This document shows, piece by piece, positions 35,705-43,953 of a stretch of 48,107 nt of DNA. The translations under genes were made by a program, and so were the position numbers. This stretch comes from a bacterium (GTDB lineage Bacteria; J088; JAWLBW01). The notes beneath the pieces were generated by a model, which saw only the letters and a program-made list of their open reading frames with translations, was not told where the DNA came from and searched no databases. Every line of letters begins with the position of its first letter. Positions within the stretch are counted from its first letter, which is position 1. The DNA lies in assembly GCA_041690355.1 (NCBI GenBank), contig JAWLHK010000009.1, positions 124,001 through 172,107 on the forward strand, read 5' to 3'.

Positions 35705-36954
35705 CAGAACAGCTCCATGTTCTGCACGATCTCCATCAGCCGCTCGGCGTCTTCACGGCTCAGGTAGTTGCGCATCTCAAAGAGTATAAAGTATAGCAGT
35801 TCATTGAACGCTTTGATGGCCAGAGCCACCTTATCGTCACGCTCGATATATTGCAGATTGCCGAGCACGATGTCGATCGGAAGCGACCCGTCGAGCTCGA
35901 AACGGACGCTGTCGAAGACCTCGGCGATCTCCGTCGGCATGTTGTCGAAAAAGGAATTCAGGCGCGCGCGCACGTCGACCCCCTGCACCTTGGCCTGCAG
36001 GATGGAGAAGACGTCCATGAAGATACTGTTGAAGTCGCTGACCGTCGTTTCGAGACGGTTCTGATTCGTGCGCGAGGCGGGCCGCTCGGCATGATGCTCG
36101 ATGGAGACGAGCCCCTGCCGCGCCAGGTGAAACAGGATGCGCAGGGTCTGCAGCTCGTCGCCGCCGAAGTTGTCGACGAGCTCGGCCATGCTGAGCCCGC
36201 CGGTGATGCCGGCGAACAGCTTGCGCTCTTCGGAGTTCATCTCGAGATTGTTCGCCCGGCCGGTGAACCGCGGGAACAGCGAGTGCCAGGAGAGCGCCCG
36301 GTCGCGCACCCCCAGGCGGTGCTTGAGCCCCTCGACGAGCACCGGGCGCATGGCCAGATTGAGCACGACCACGCCCGGCTGGTGCTCGACCTGGGCCTCG
36401 AAGAAGTTGAAGTTGCCTTCGTGCTCGCCGAACAGACCGAAGAGGATGTCGAGCGTCTGCTGGCGCACGCCGTCGAAGAGCTCCTTGGGGGTGATGACGC
36501 CGCTTTCAACCAGCCGCTTGCCGATGAGCCGCTCTTCGTCGCCGTCGACGGCGGCCTCTTCGAGCTCGGCGACGGTCACCTTGCCCATGCGCAGGAGGGT
36601 TTCACCCAGACGGTCTTCGGGACGCGAGCTGCGGGCGAACACCGGGTCGCCGTTCTGCAGATAGACGACCTTGTGCACCCCTTCGGGCAGGTCGAACGAA
36701 AGCAGGCCGGTCTGGTGATTGTCGAAAAGAAGTTGCAGAAGGTCGGGAACGGCGAAGCGCGCCAGATCGCCCCACAGGCGCACGATCTGCCGGTCGCCCG
36801 GCTTCTCGTCGCGCCGCCGCCGTTTCAGGATGAGCAGCTCCGACCCCGAGAACGAGAGCGAGAAGTACTCGGCCTGAGAATCGAAATTCTCGGGGAGCAG
36901 ATGCTCGGGAATGCGGATGAGAAGTCCGTCCTGTTTCGGTTCCGCCTGCGACAC
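35704..36954 (-). CDS. Second DUF4388-domain protein (paralog)
   Basis: GDLARFAVPDLLQLL...TGLL, YLQNGDPVFARS..EDRLGE, EGNFNF; GTG start after AAGGGG (alternative TTG at 37020). Confidence 0.8.
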   Translation of the reverse strand: MSQAEPKQDGLLIRIPEHLLPENFDSQAEYFSLSFSGSELLILKRRRRDEKPGDRQIVRLWGDLARFAVPDLLQLLFDNHQTGLLSFDLPEGVHKVVYLQNGDPVFARSSRPEDRLGETLLRMGKVTVAELEEAAVDGDEERLIGKRLVESGVITPKELFDGVRQQTLDILFGLFGEHEGNFNFFEAQVEHQPGVVVLNLAMRPVLVEGLKHRLGVRDRALSWHSLFPRFTGRANNLEMNSEERKLFAGITGGLSMAELVDNFGGDELQTLRILFHLARQGLVSIEHHAERPASRTNQNRLETTVSDFNSIFMDVFSILQAKVQGVDVRARLNSFFDNMPTEIAEVFDSVRFELDGSLPIDIVLGNLQYIERDDKVALAIKAFNELLYFILFEMRNYLSREDAERLMEIVQNMELF

Positions 36955-37016
36955 GCGCCCCCCTTGAATTCCGCTTGCGGGAAGGGTTTTCAGCTTAGTG
37001 GACCCCGCGTCAAAAG

Positions 37017-38060
37017 TCAATCGGCCGAGCGTTCCCGCTCACCCCCGGCGCCCGCGACACCGAGCGCGTCGGCCTCGGGTTCGGGACTGCGCCAGACCTT
37101 CTTGTAGAGAAACCGGTTGTACATCTTGTGGTAAGCCGTCCAATCGCCTTCGGCGTCGCGGTCGCGCTCCATGGCTGCCGAGAAGGAGTTCATGCGGGCG
37201 TCGAGATCGTCGAGGGCGTGCACGATGAGCGCCTCGAGGGTCTTGGGGCGGCGCGGGCTGCCGTATTCCAGTTCCCCGTGGTGCGAGACGATGAGGTGAT
37301 TGACGAGCAGCCGCAGCTCTTCGGGAAAACCCGGGATGCGCGCCGCCCGCTCGTTCACCATCTCGACTCCCATGACGATGTGCCCGACCAGCTTGCCCGC
37401 CGTCGTGTAGTCGAAGCTGCGCCGGTAGGTGAGCTCGAAGATCTTGCCGATGTCATGCAGGAAGATGCCCGTCAGCACCAGATCGGCGTTCACCGCATAC
37501 CCCTCGGCCTGATAGTGCGCGACCGTAACGCGCGCCAGCTTCATCGCCGAGAGCGTGTGCTCGAGCAGGCCGCCGATGAAGGCGTGGTGCATGGTGCGCG
37601 CGGCCGGCGCCCGGCGGATGCGCCAGCCCAGGTCCGGATCATCGAGAAAGGCGGTGAGCAGGCCGCGCAGCCAGGGGTCGCCCATCCCGAGAATGACTCC
37701 CCGGAGCTCGGCCTCCATGGCGGCGACGTCGCGCCGGGTCGCCGGCAGGTAATCGGCGGCGTCGATTTCGTCTTCGGCGCAACGCTCGATGGAGTGCAGG
37801 TGCAGCTGCAGCCGGCTCTGGTAGCTCTGGGCCCGGCCGCGCACGCGCACGAAATCGTCGCGATCGAAGCGCTTGTCGAACGCTTCGGCGTCGTCCCAGA
37901 CCCGCGCCTCGATCTCGCCTGTGCGATCCATGAGCACGACGTTGAGATACGGCTTGCCGCTTTTTCCTGCATGCAAGGCCTTGAATTTCACGAGAAAAGT
38001 CCCCTCGACCCGGTCGGCGTCGCGGATTTCGCTGATGAACAGATTGCGGTCCTCGGCCAT
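37017..38060 (-). CDS. yhaM: YhaM/CBF1-family 3'-5' exoribonuclease (OB + HD domains)
   Basis: GKPYL...DRTGEIEARVW OB fold; PAARTMHHAFIGGLLEH, LHDIGK, GKLVGHI, SHHG..EYGSP. Confidence 0.88.
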   Translation of the reverse strand: MAEDRNLFISEIRDADRVEGTFLVKFKALHAGKSGKPYLNVVLMDRTGEIEARVWDDAEAFDKRFDRDDFVRVRGRAQSYQSRLQLHLHSIERCAEDEIDAADYLPATRRDVAAMEAELRGVILGMGDPWLRGLLTAFLDDPDLGWRIRRAPAARTMHHAFIGGLLEHTLSAMKLARVTVAHYQAEGYAVNADLVLTGIFLHDIGKIFELTYRRSFDYTTAGKLVGHIVMGVEMVNERAARIPGFPEELRLLVNHLIVSHHGELEYGSPRRPKTLEALIVHALDDLDARMNSFSAAMERDRDAEGDWTAYHKMYNRFLYKKVWRSPEPEADALGVAGAGGERERSAD

Positions 38061-38192
38061 CCGGGCCTCCTTACGATGGGAACGGTGGGTAATCTGGAAC
38101 GGCAGGCAAACCTACAGTATATCAAGACGGGGCTGGAGGGAACCGGGGTGTTTCGGAGACAATGTCGGTTTCAGCTCCGACACGCCGTACCG

Positions 38193-39002
38193 ATGCTGCT
38201 TCTCACCAAACTTCTGCTCGCCCCCACGCTGGTTGCCCTGGCGAGCCTGGCCGGGCGTCGCTGGGGGCCCACGGTCGGGGGGTGGCTCGCGGGGTTTCCC
38301 ATCGTCGCCGGTCCGGTGCTCTTTTTCTACACCTGGGAGCAGGGCCCGGCCTTCGCCGCCCGCGCCGCCCTAAGCACCCTCACGGGGCTCGGCTCGCTCA
38401 CCCTGTTCGCCCTCGCCTACGCCCGGGCCGCGCGCACCCGGCCATGGCCCTTCGCGCTCGCCGCCGGCTGGAGCGCCTTCGCCCTCGGGACGCTGCTGCT
38501 GCGCCCGTTCGACCCCACCCTATCCGTGGCGGCGGGCTTCGGCGCGCTCAGTCTGGCAGGGGGTCTGCTGCTGCTCCCCCGCGGGGGAGACCAGGCGGCG
38601 TCGACCCCGCCCGGCCGGTGGGATCTGCCCCTGCGCATGGGGGCGACGGCCGCCATCGTGCTCACCCTCACCGCGCTCGCCGAGGCGCTCGGGCCGGCCC
38701 TGAGCGGACTGCTCACCCCGTTTCCCGTCGCCACGACCGTGCTCGTCGTCTTTACCCACCGGAGCCAGGGAGCGGCCGGCGCCCTGAAAATCCTGCGGGG
38801 GCTGCTGGGCGCGCTCTACGGGTTCATCGGCTTTCTCACGGTGCTTGCCGCAGGGCTCGAGCGCTGGGGGGCCGCCCCGACCTTTGTCGGAGCCCTGGCC
38901 CTCGCCGGCCTTATCCACCTGTTTTCCCTACGATTTTTGCGGAACAAATCCGACCCGGCCGGAGCGGACCGGACAGGCGGCGCTCAGGGTTTGACAAGCT
39001 GA
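38193..39002 (+). CDS. Hypothetical multi-TM membrane protein with two repeated halves
   Basis: GRRWGPTVGGWLAGFP and LGPALSGLLTPFP repeats; 3' part of the 624-aa ORF in the track. Confidence 0.75.
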   Translation: MLLLTKLLLAPTLVALASLAGRRWGPTVGGWLAGFPIVAGPVLFFYTWEQGPAFAARAALSTLTGLGSLTLFALAYARAARTRPWPFALAAGWSAFALGTLLLRPFDPTLSVAAGFGALSLAGGLLLLPRGGDQAASTPPGRWDLPLRMGATAAIVLTLTALAEALGPALSGLLTPFPVATTVLVVFTHRSQGAAGALKILRGLLGALYGFIGFLTVLAAGLERWGAAPTFVGALALAGLIHLFSLRFLRNKSDPAGADRTGGAQGLTS

Positions 39003-39020
39003 AATGGAGCTTGATAGAAT
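38991..39020 (+). promoter_or_regulatory. Near-consensus sigma70 promoter of dksA
   Basis: TTGACA-N18-TAGAAT. Confidence 0.7.
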
Positions 39021-39066
39021 TCCGCACTTCCGGGGGATTTCTTCCGGAACCGGCCAAAGGTAGGTT

Positions 39067-39432
39067 ATGCCGAGAACACCGGAACAGCTCGAAGAATACC
39101 GTCAGCTACTGAACCAGCACCTGCAGGAGCTTCTCGACGAGGCCAAGGTGACCGTCGAAGGCATGCACGAGGCCGTGCGCGACACCTTCGCCGACCCGAC
39201 CGACCGGGCCTCGCTCGAAACCAGCCGCAACAACACCCTGCGGATGAAGGATCGCGAGCGCAAGCTCATCAGCAAGGTTCAGGACGCCATCCAGCGCCTC
39301 GACGAGGGTGAATTCGGCGTCTGCGAAGAGTGCGGCGAAGAAATCGGCGAAGAACGCCTGCGGGCCCGCCCCGTGACCACGTTGTGCATTGAATGCAAGG
39401 AAGAGCAGGAACAGCGGGAAAAGCGGTTATAA
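39067..39432 (+). CDS. dksA: RNA polymerase-binding protein DksA
   Basis: DPTDRAS coiled-coil tip, DRERKLI, CEECGEEI...RLRARP..TLCIECK. Confidence 0.93.
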   Translation: MPRTPEQLEEYRQLLNQHLQELLDEAKVTVEGMHEAVRDTFADPTDRASLETSRNNTLRMKDRERKLISKVQDAIQRLDEGEFGVCEECGEEIGEERLRARPVTTLCIECKEEQEQREKRL

Positions 39433-39453
39433 TGTAACGTTCCGCTGCTCACC

Positions 39454-40548
39454 ATGCTCCGCTCGCTTTTCGACACACTTCTCGGTTCCCGCCTCCGCGA
39501 CGATTTTCAGCGCCAGGGCCAGTCCCGCGCGCAGCTGCTCATGCTGCACGAAATCGGCAAGGCCATGGAGGGGTCGTTCGAGAGCGTCGAGCGCACGCTG
39601 CAGCTCATCGCCGAGGCCGTCACCGTCATTCTCCAGGTCGAGCGCAGTTTCGTCTTCCTGGTCGAGCCCGACACCGGCGATCTCGTGGCCAAGGCCGGCA
39701 GCGGCCTCGTGACCCAGAATTACATCGAAAAAATGCGCATCCCCAAAGGCAAGGGGATACTCGGCAAGGTCGTCGAAACCGGCGAGCCGGCGCACGTGCC
39801 CGACGCGCGCACCGACCCGCGCGCCCTCTCCGACATCATTCAGGAGCTGGGCGTGCGCAACATGCTGCTCGCGCCCCTGCGCATGGGCAACCGCGTGCTC
39901 GGCGTCATCCTGGCCGACAGCCGCCTGTCGGGCGAGCGGTTCACCGACGACGACATCCAGCTGCTCGGCGTGCTGGGGAGTCTCGCCGCCGTGACCGAAG
40001 AGAACGCGGCCCTCATCGCCCGTCTCAAGGTCAAGTCGAGCCGCCTCGCGGCCCTGCTCGAGGTAGGCCAGGCGCTGAATTCGACCTTCGACCTGAAGGA
40101 CATCCTTCAGCTCATCCTCGACAAGGCCATTTCACTGACCAGCGCCGCCGGGGGCAGCGTGATCCTCGTCGATGCGGCGGGGGAGCGGCTCGACATTCTT
40201 GCCGCCCAGGGGCTCTCGCAAACGACCGTCGAAAGCCTTAAACTGGAAATCGGGCAGGGAATCACCGGTTGGGTGGCTCGCGAAAAAAGGCCCCTTCTGG
40301 TGCGCGACGTCCGGCTCGACGCCCGCTACGTACAGGCCAACGAGGATGTGCGCAGCGAACTGGCCGTGCCGATGCTCGACGCCCAGGAGGTCATCGGCGT
40401 CATCAACGTCGACGCGCATGCGGTCAATGCGTTCGGCGAAGACGATGAGGCGCTGCTCGGCACCTTCGCCGGCATGGCATCGGTTGCCATCCGCAACGCC
40501 CGGCTTTTCGCCAGTCTCCGCGCCAGTTCGGCCTCCGAAAGGAAGTAA
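39454..40548 (+). CDS. Tandem GAF-domain protein without an output domain
   Basis: Two GAF units (GILGKVVETGEP..VPD...LLAPL...FTDDD; GITGWVA...VRD...SELAVPM...AFGEDD); ends shortly after NARLF. Confidence 0.85.
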   Translation: MLRSLFDTLLGSRLRDDFQRQGQSRAQLLMLHEIGKAMEGSFESVERTLQLIAEAVTVILQVERSFVFLVEPDTGDLVAKAGSGLVTQNYIEKMRIPKGKGILGKVVETGEPAHVPDARTDPRALSDIIQELGVRNMLLAPLRMGNRVLGVILADSRLSGERFTDDDIQLLGVLGSLAAVTEENAALIARLKVKSSRLAALLEVGQALNSTFDLKDILQLILDKAISLTSAAGGSVILVDAAGERLDILAAQGLSQTTVESLKLEIGQGITGWVAREKRPLLVRDVRLDARYVQANEDVRSELAVPMLDAQEVIGVINVDAHAVNAFGEDDEALLGTFAGMASVAIRNARLFASLRASSASERK

Positions 40549-40553
40549 CGCGC

Positions 40554-41453
40554 ATGAAGCAACGGGTCCGTAAGGCCGTCATACCCGCGGCCGGGATGGG
40601 TACACGATTTCTGCCGGCGACCAAGGCCATTCCCAAAGAAATGCTGCCGATCGTCGACAAGCCCACGATTCAATACATCGTCGAAGAAGCGGTCGCCTCG
40701 GGTATCGAAGACATCATTCTCATCACCGGCCGGGGCAAGGGCGAAATCGAAGATCACTTCGACTACGCCTACGAACTCGAAGATACGCTCGAGCAGAAGG
40801 GCAAGAGCGATCTGCTCAAGCTTTCTTACCAGGCGGCCGAAATGGTGCGCCTCATCTCCGTGCGCCAGAAGCGCCCCCTCGGTCTGGGTCACGCCGTACT
40901 CTGCGCCCGCGAGGTCGTGGGCGACGAGCCCTTCATGGTGCTGCTGGGCGACGACATCATCCGCGCGCCCAGGCCGGTCACGCAGCAGATGGTCGAGCGC
41001 TTCAACCAGACGGGCATCCCCATGGTGGCCGTCATGGAAGTGCCCCCCCAGGACGTCAACCTCTACGGCATCGTCGCCGGACGCGACATCGGCGGGCGGG
41101 CCCTCGACATCGATACGATGGTCGAGAAGCCGCGGCGCGGCGAAGAGCCGGCCCGCAACGCCATCATCGGCCGCTATCTGCTCACGCCCGATGTCTTCGA
41201 GTATATCGAACGCACCAGGCCGGGGAGCGGCGGCGAGATTCAGCTCACCGACGCGCTCGACGCCCTGCGCCGCTCGCGCGGCCTGCACGGCTACTTCTTC
41301 GAAGGCGACCGCTACGACGCCGGCGAGAAGTTCGGCTACCTGAAAGCCAACATCGAATACGCCCTCGAGCGCCCTGAACTGCGCGACAAACTCCTCGCCT
41401 ATCTGCGCGAACGCGTCGCCGACGGCGCCCCCACCCAGAATTCTCCGTCATGA
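40554..41453 (+). CDS. galU: UTP--glucose-1-phosphate uridylyltransferase
   Basis: KAVIPAAGMGTRFLPATKAIPKEMLP, LGLGHAV, VEKP, GEIQLTDA. Confidence 0.97.
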   Translation: MKQRVRKAVIPAAGMGTRFLPATKAIPKEMLPIVDKPTIQYIVEEAVASGIEDIILITGRGKGEIEDHFDYAYELEDTLEQKGKSDLLKLSYQAAEMVRLISVRQKRPLGLGHAVLCAREVVGDEPFMVLLGDDIIRAPRPVTQQMVERFNQTGIPMVAVMEVPPQDVNLYGIVAGRDIGGRALDIDTMVEKPRRGEEPARNAIIGRYLLTPDVFEYIERTRPGSGGEIQLTDALDALRRSRGLHGYFFEGDRYDAGEKFGYLKANIEYALERPELRDKLLAYLRERVADGAPTQNSPS

Positions 41454-42040
41454 TACGCATTTTTCTTCCCCTTCTTCTCCTGCTGCTCGCCGCGTCCCCC
41501 GCCCATGCCTGGGTACCGCCCACCGAGACCATCGTCGAGAAGTGGGCCGCGGCCTACGAGGGAACGGATCACGCCGTCATCGAGGGCACCTGGCGCCAGG
41601 GGGCGGTGGCAACCCCGTTTCGTGTCGACGTGCAGGACGGGCGCATCGCCCTGCGCGAAAACGGCCGCCCGAGCACCGACGCGACCAGCGTCACGGTGTG
41701 GAACCTGATGCTGCGCCCCCGCAGCACCCTTGAAGCATGGGTCAAGCTCGGCGCGCTCGATGCGGCCCAGACCGGCCTTGCCCGGCGTGACGGCCGCATC
41801 GCCTGGACCGTGGGCGCCAAGGGAGAAAAACAGGCGGGCCCGCAGATCTGGATCGACCGGCAATGGCACACGCCCATGCGGGCCGTGCTCCCGCCCGCTC
41901 CGGGCCGCGCAGACGTCATCGAGTTTCTCGGCTATGCCCAGAGCGAGACGCGCATCTTCCCCACCGAGGTACGAGCCGACTTCGGCGGCGAGAACCGGCG
42001 CGTCTACACGATTGAAGCCGTCCGTTTCGAGAAGCGCTGA
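41450..42040 (+). CDS. Secreted hypothetical protein (possibly LolA-like beta fold)
   Basis: Signal peptide ending AHA; beta-rich with QIWID; ATGA overlap with galU. Confidence 0.6.
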   Translation: MIRIFLPLLLLLLAASPAHAWVPPTETIVEKWAAAYEGTDHAVIEGTWRQGAVATPFRVDVQDGRIALRENGRPSTDATSVTVWNLMLRPRSTLEAWVKLGALDAAQTGLARRDGRIAWTVGAKGEKQAGPQIWIDRQWHTPMRAVLPPAPGRADVIEFLGYAQSETRIFPTEVRADFGGENRRVYTIEAVRFEKR

Positions 42041-42173
42041 GCGCGCTCTGCTCCGCCTTGCTACCCGTATGCCTGCCTGATTCGCAAGCGCCCTTCGCGC
42101 CGCCGCCGCGGCTGTTTCTGCTACACTGAACGTTTCTCTCGCCGCGCGGCTGCGCGGCCTCGCGAGGTACGTC

Positions 42174-43934
42174 ATCACCACGGGCAGCTTCATCCGCCGC
42201 TACCTGCTGAAATACCGGCGGGCGTTTGCGCTCGGCGCGCTGCTCATCGTCATCACCAGCGCCGCCTCGCTCTCGATACCCTGGCTGCTCAAACTCAGCA
42301 TCGAGGCCCTGTCGCACCTGGACGAGACCGGCATGGGCCCGATCGTCGGCTACGCCCTGTTGCTCACCCTGGCGGCGGCGGTGCAGATGGTCATCCGCAT
42401 CGTCTCGCGACTCGTGCTCTTCGGCGCCGGCCGCGATATCGAATACGACATCCGCAACGAGTTGCTCGCGCATCTGCAGACCCTGCCGCCGAGCTACTAC
42501 GCCGAGCAGTCGACCGGCGACATCATCTCGCGGGCGAGCAATGACATCGGCAACATCCGCCTGCTTTACGGGCCGGCCGTGCTCAATGTCGTGAACACCG
42601 GCTTCACGCTCGTCAGCGCCCTCGTCATGATGCTGATCATCGACGTGCGCCTGACCCTGCTCGCCCTGCTGCCGCTCCCGTTCACGATTCTCGTCATCCG
42701 TAAGATTGCGGGCACGATGTCGAAGATGTTCTTCGAGGTGCAGCGCCACCTCGGGGTGTTGAGCGGTCAGATTCAGGAAGTCTTCAGCGGCATCGCGGTC
42801 GTCAAGTCGTTCGCGCGCGAAGACTGGGCCCGCGCGAGCATGGCGCGGCTCAACCAGGACAACTTCCGCCGCAACGTCGACCTCGCCAAGAGCCGCGGCC
42901 TCATGCTCCCCATGATGGGGGCCGTGGGCGGCCTGGGCACCTTCGTCATTCTCCTCTTCGGCGGCTACGCGGTCATCGACGGGCGCATCAGCCTCGGCGA
43001 CTTCGTCGCCTTCAACAGCTATCTGGCCATGCTGGTCTGGCCCATGCTCGCCCTGGGCTGGGTCTACACGATGCTCCAGCGCGGCATCGCCGCCGCCGCC
43101 CGCGTGCGCCAGGTGCTCGAGATTCAACCGGCCATCCAGGTCGTCGAGCCCTGCGTGCAACTCCCGACGGGCAACGGCGCCATCCGCTTCGGCGACGTAC
43201 GCAGCGTGCACAAGGTGCGCGATGGCGAGCCGCGCGTGGCCCTCGACGACGTGACCCTCGACATCCCCGCGCAGGGCTTCATCGGCCTGACCGGACCCGT
43301 CGGCTCGGGCAAGACGACGCTGCTGCGCCTGCTGCTCCGGCTCCAGGATTTCGACCGGGGGAGCGTGCAGATCGACGGCGTCGACATCCGCCATATCCCC
43401 CTGGCCGAGCTGCGGGGCGCCATAGGCTACGTGCCGCAGGAGCCGTATCTGTTTTCGGCCAGCATCGCCGAAAACATCGCCTTCGGCCGCCCCGGCCTCA
43501 GCCGCGAAGACATCGAGCGCTATGCGACCCTGGCGGGCCTCGCCAAGGACATTGCCTGGCTCCCCCGCGGCTACGACACGGTGGTGGGCGAACGCGGCGT
43601 CACCCTCTCGGGGGGACAGCGTCAGCGCGTAGCCCTGGCCCGCGCGCTCGCGCGCGAACCGCGCATCCTGCTGCTCGACGACGCCCTGTCGGCCGTCGAC
43701 GCCGAGACCGAAGAAGAGATTCTGGGGAGCCTGCAGGCCTTTCTCGTCCAGAGAACGAGCCTGGTGGCGACGCACCGTCTGGCGGGCATCCGGCGCGCGC
43801 AGCAGATTGTCGTGCTCGACCACGGGCGCATCGTCGAGACCGGCACGCACGAAACGCTGCTCGCGGCCCGCGGGCTGTATCATCGGCTCTGCGCGCGCCA
43901 GCAGCTGACCCGGCAGCTTGAAGAAACCCGATAA
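42174..43934 (+). CDS. ABC exporter subunit 1 (MdlA/YheI-like); probable ATC start
   Basis: TMD plus NBD (GPVGSGKT, LSGGQRQR, degenerate LLLDD). Frame is open from 42081; SD GAGGT lies 5 nt before ATC 42174. Confidence 0.88.
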   Translation: MTTGSFIRRYLLKYRRAFALGALLIVITSAASLSIPWLLKLSIEALSHLDETGMGPIVGYALLLTLAAAVQMVIRIVSRLVLFGAGRDIEYDIRNELLAHLQTLPPSYYAEQSTGDIISRASNDIGNIRLLYGPAVLNVVNTGFTLVSALVMMLIIDVRLTLLALLPLPFTILVIRKIAGTMSKMFFEVQRHLGVLSGQIQEVFSGIAVVKSFAREDWARASMARLNQDNFRRNVDLAKSRGLMLPMMGAVGGLGTFVILLFGGYAVIDGRISLGDFVAFNSYLAMLVWPMLALGWVYTMLQRGIAAAARVRQVLEIQPAIQVVEPCVQLPTGNGAIRFGDVRSVHKVRDGEPRVALDDVTLDIPAQGFIGLTGPVGSGKTTLLRLLLRLQDFDRGSVQIDGVDIRHIPLAELRGAIGYVPQEPYLFSASIAENIAFGRPGLSREDIERYATLAGLAKDIAWLPRGYDTVVGERGVTLSGGQRQRVALARALAREPRILLLDDALSAVDAETEEEILGSLQAFLVQRTSLVATHRLAGIRRAQQIVVLDHGRIVETGTHETLLAARGLYHRLCARQQLTRQLEETR

Positions 43935-43953
43935 GGACCGCAGGGGAGACGAT

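Noticed and set aside
37128-38192. N-terminal 355 aa of the 624-aa ORF
   Set aside because: Antisense to yhaM; only the part from ATG 38193 looks like a real membrane protein.
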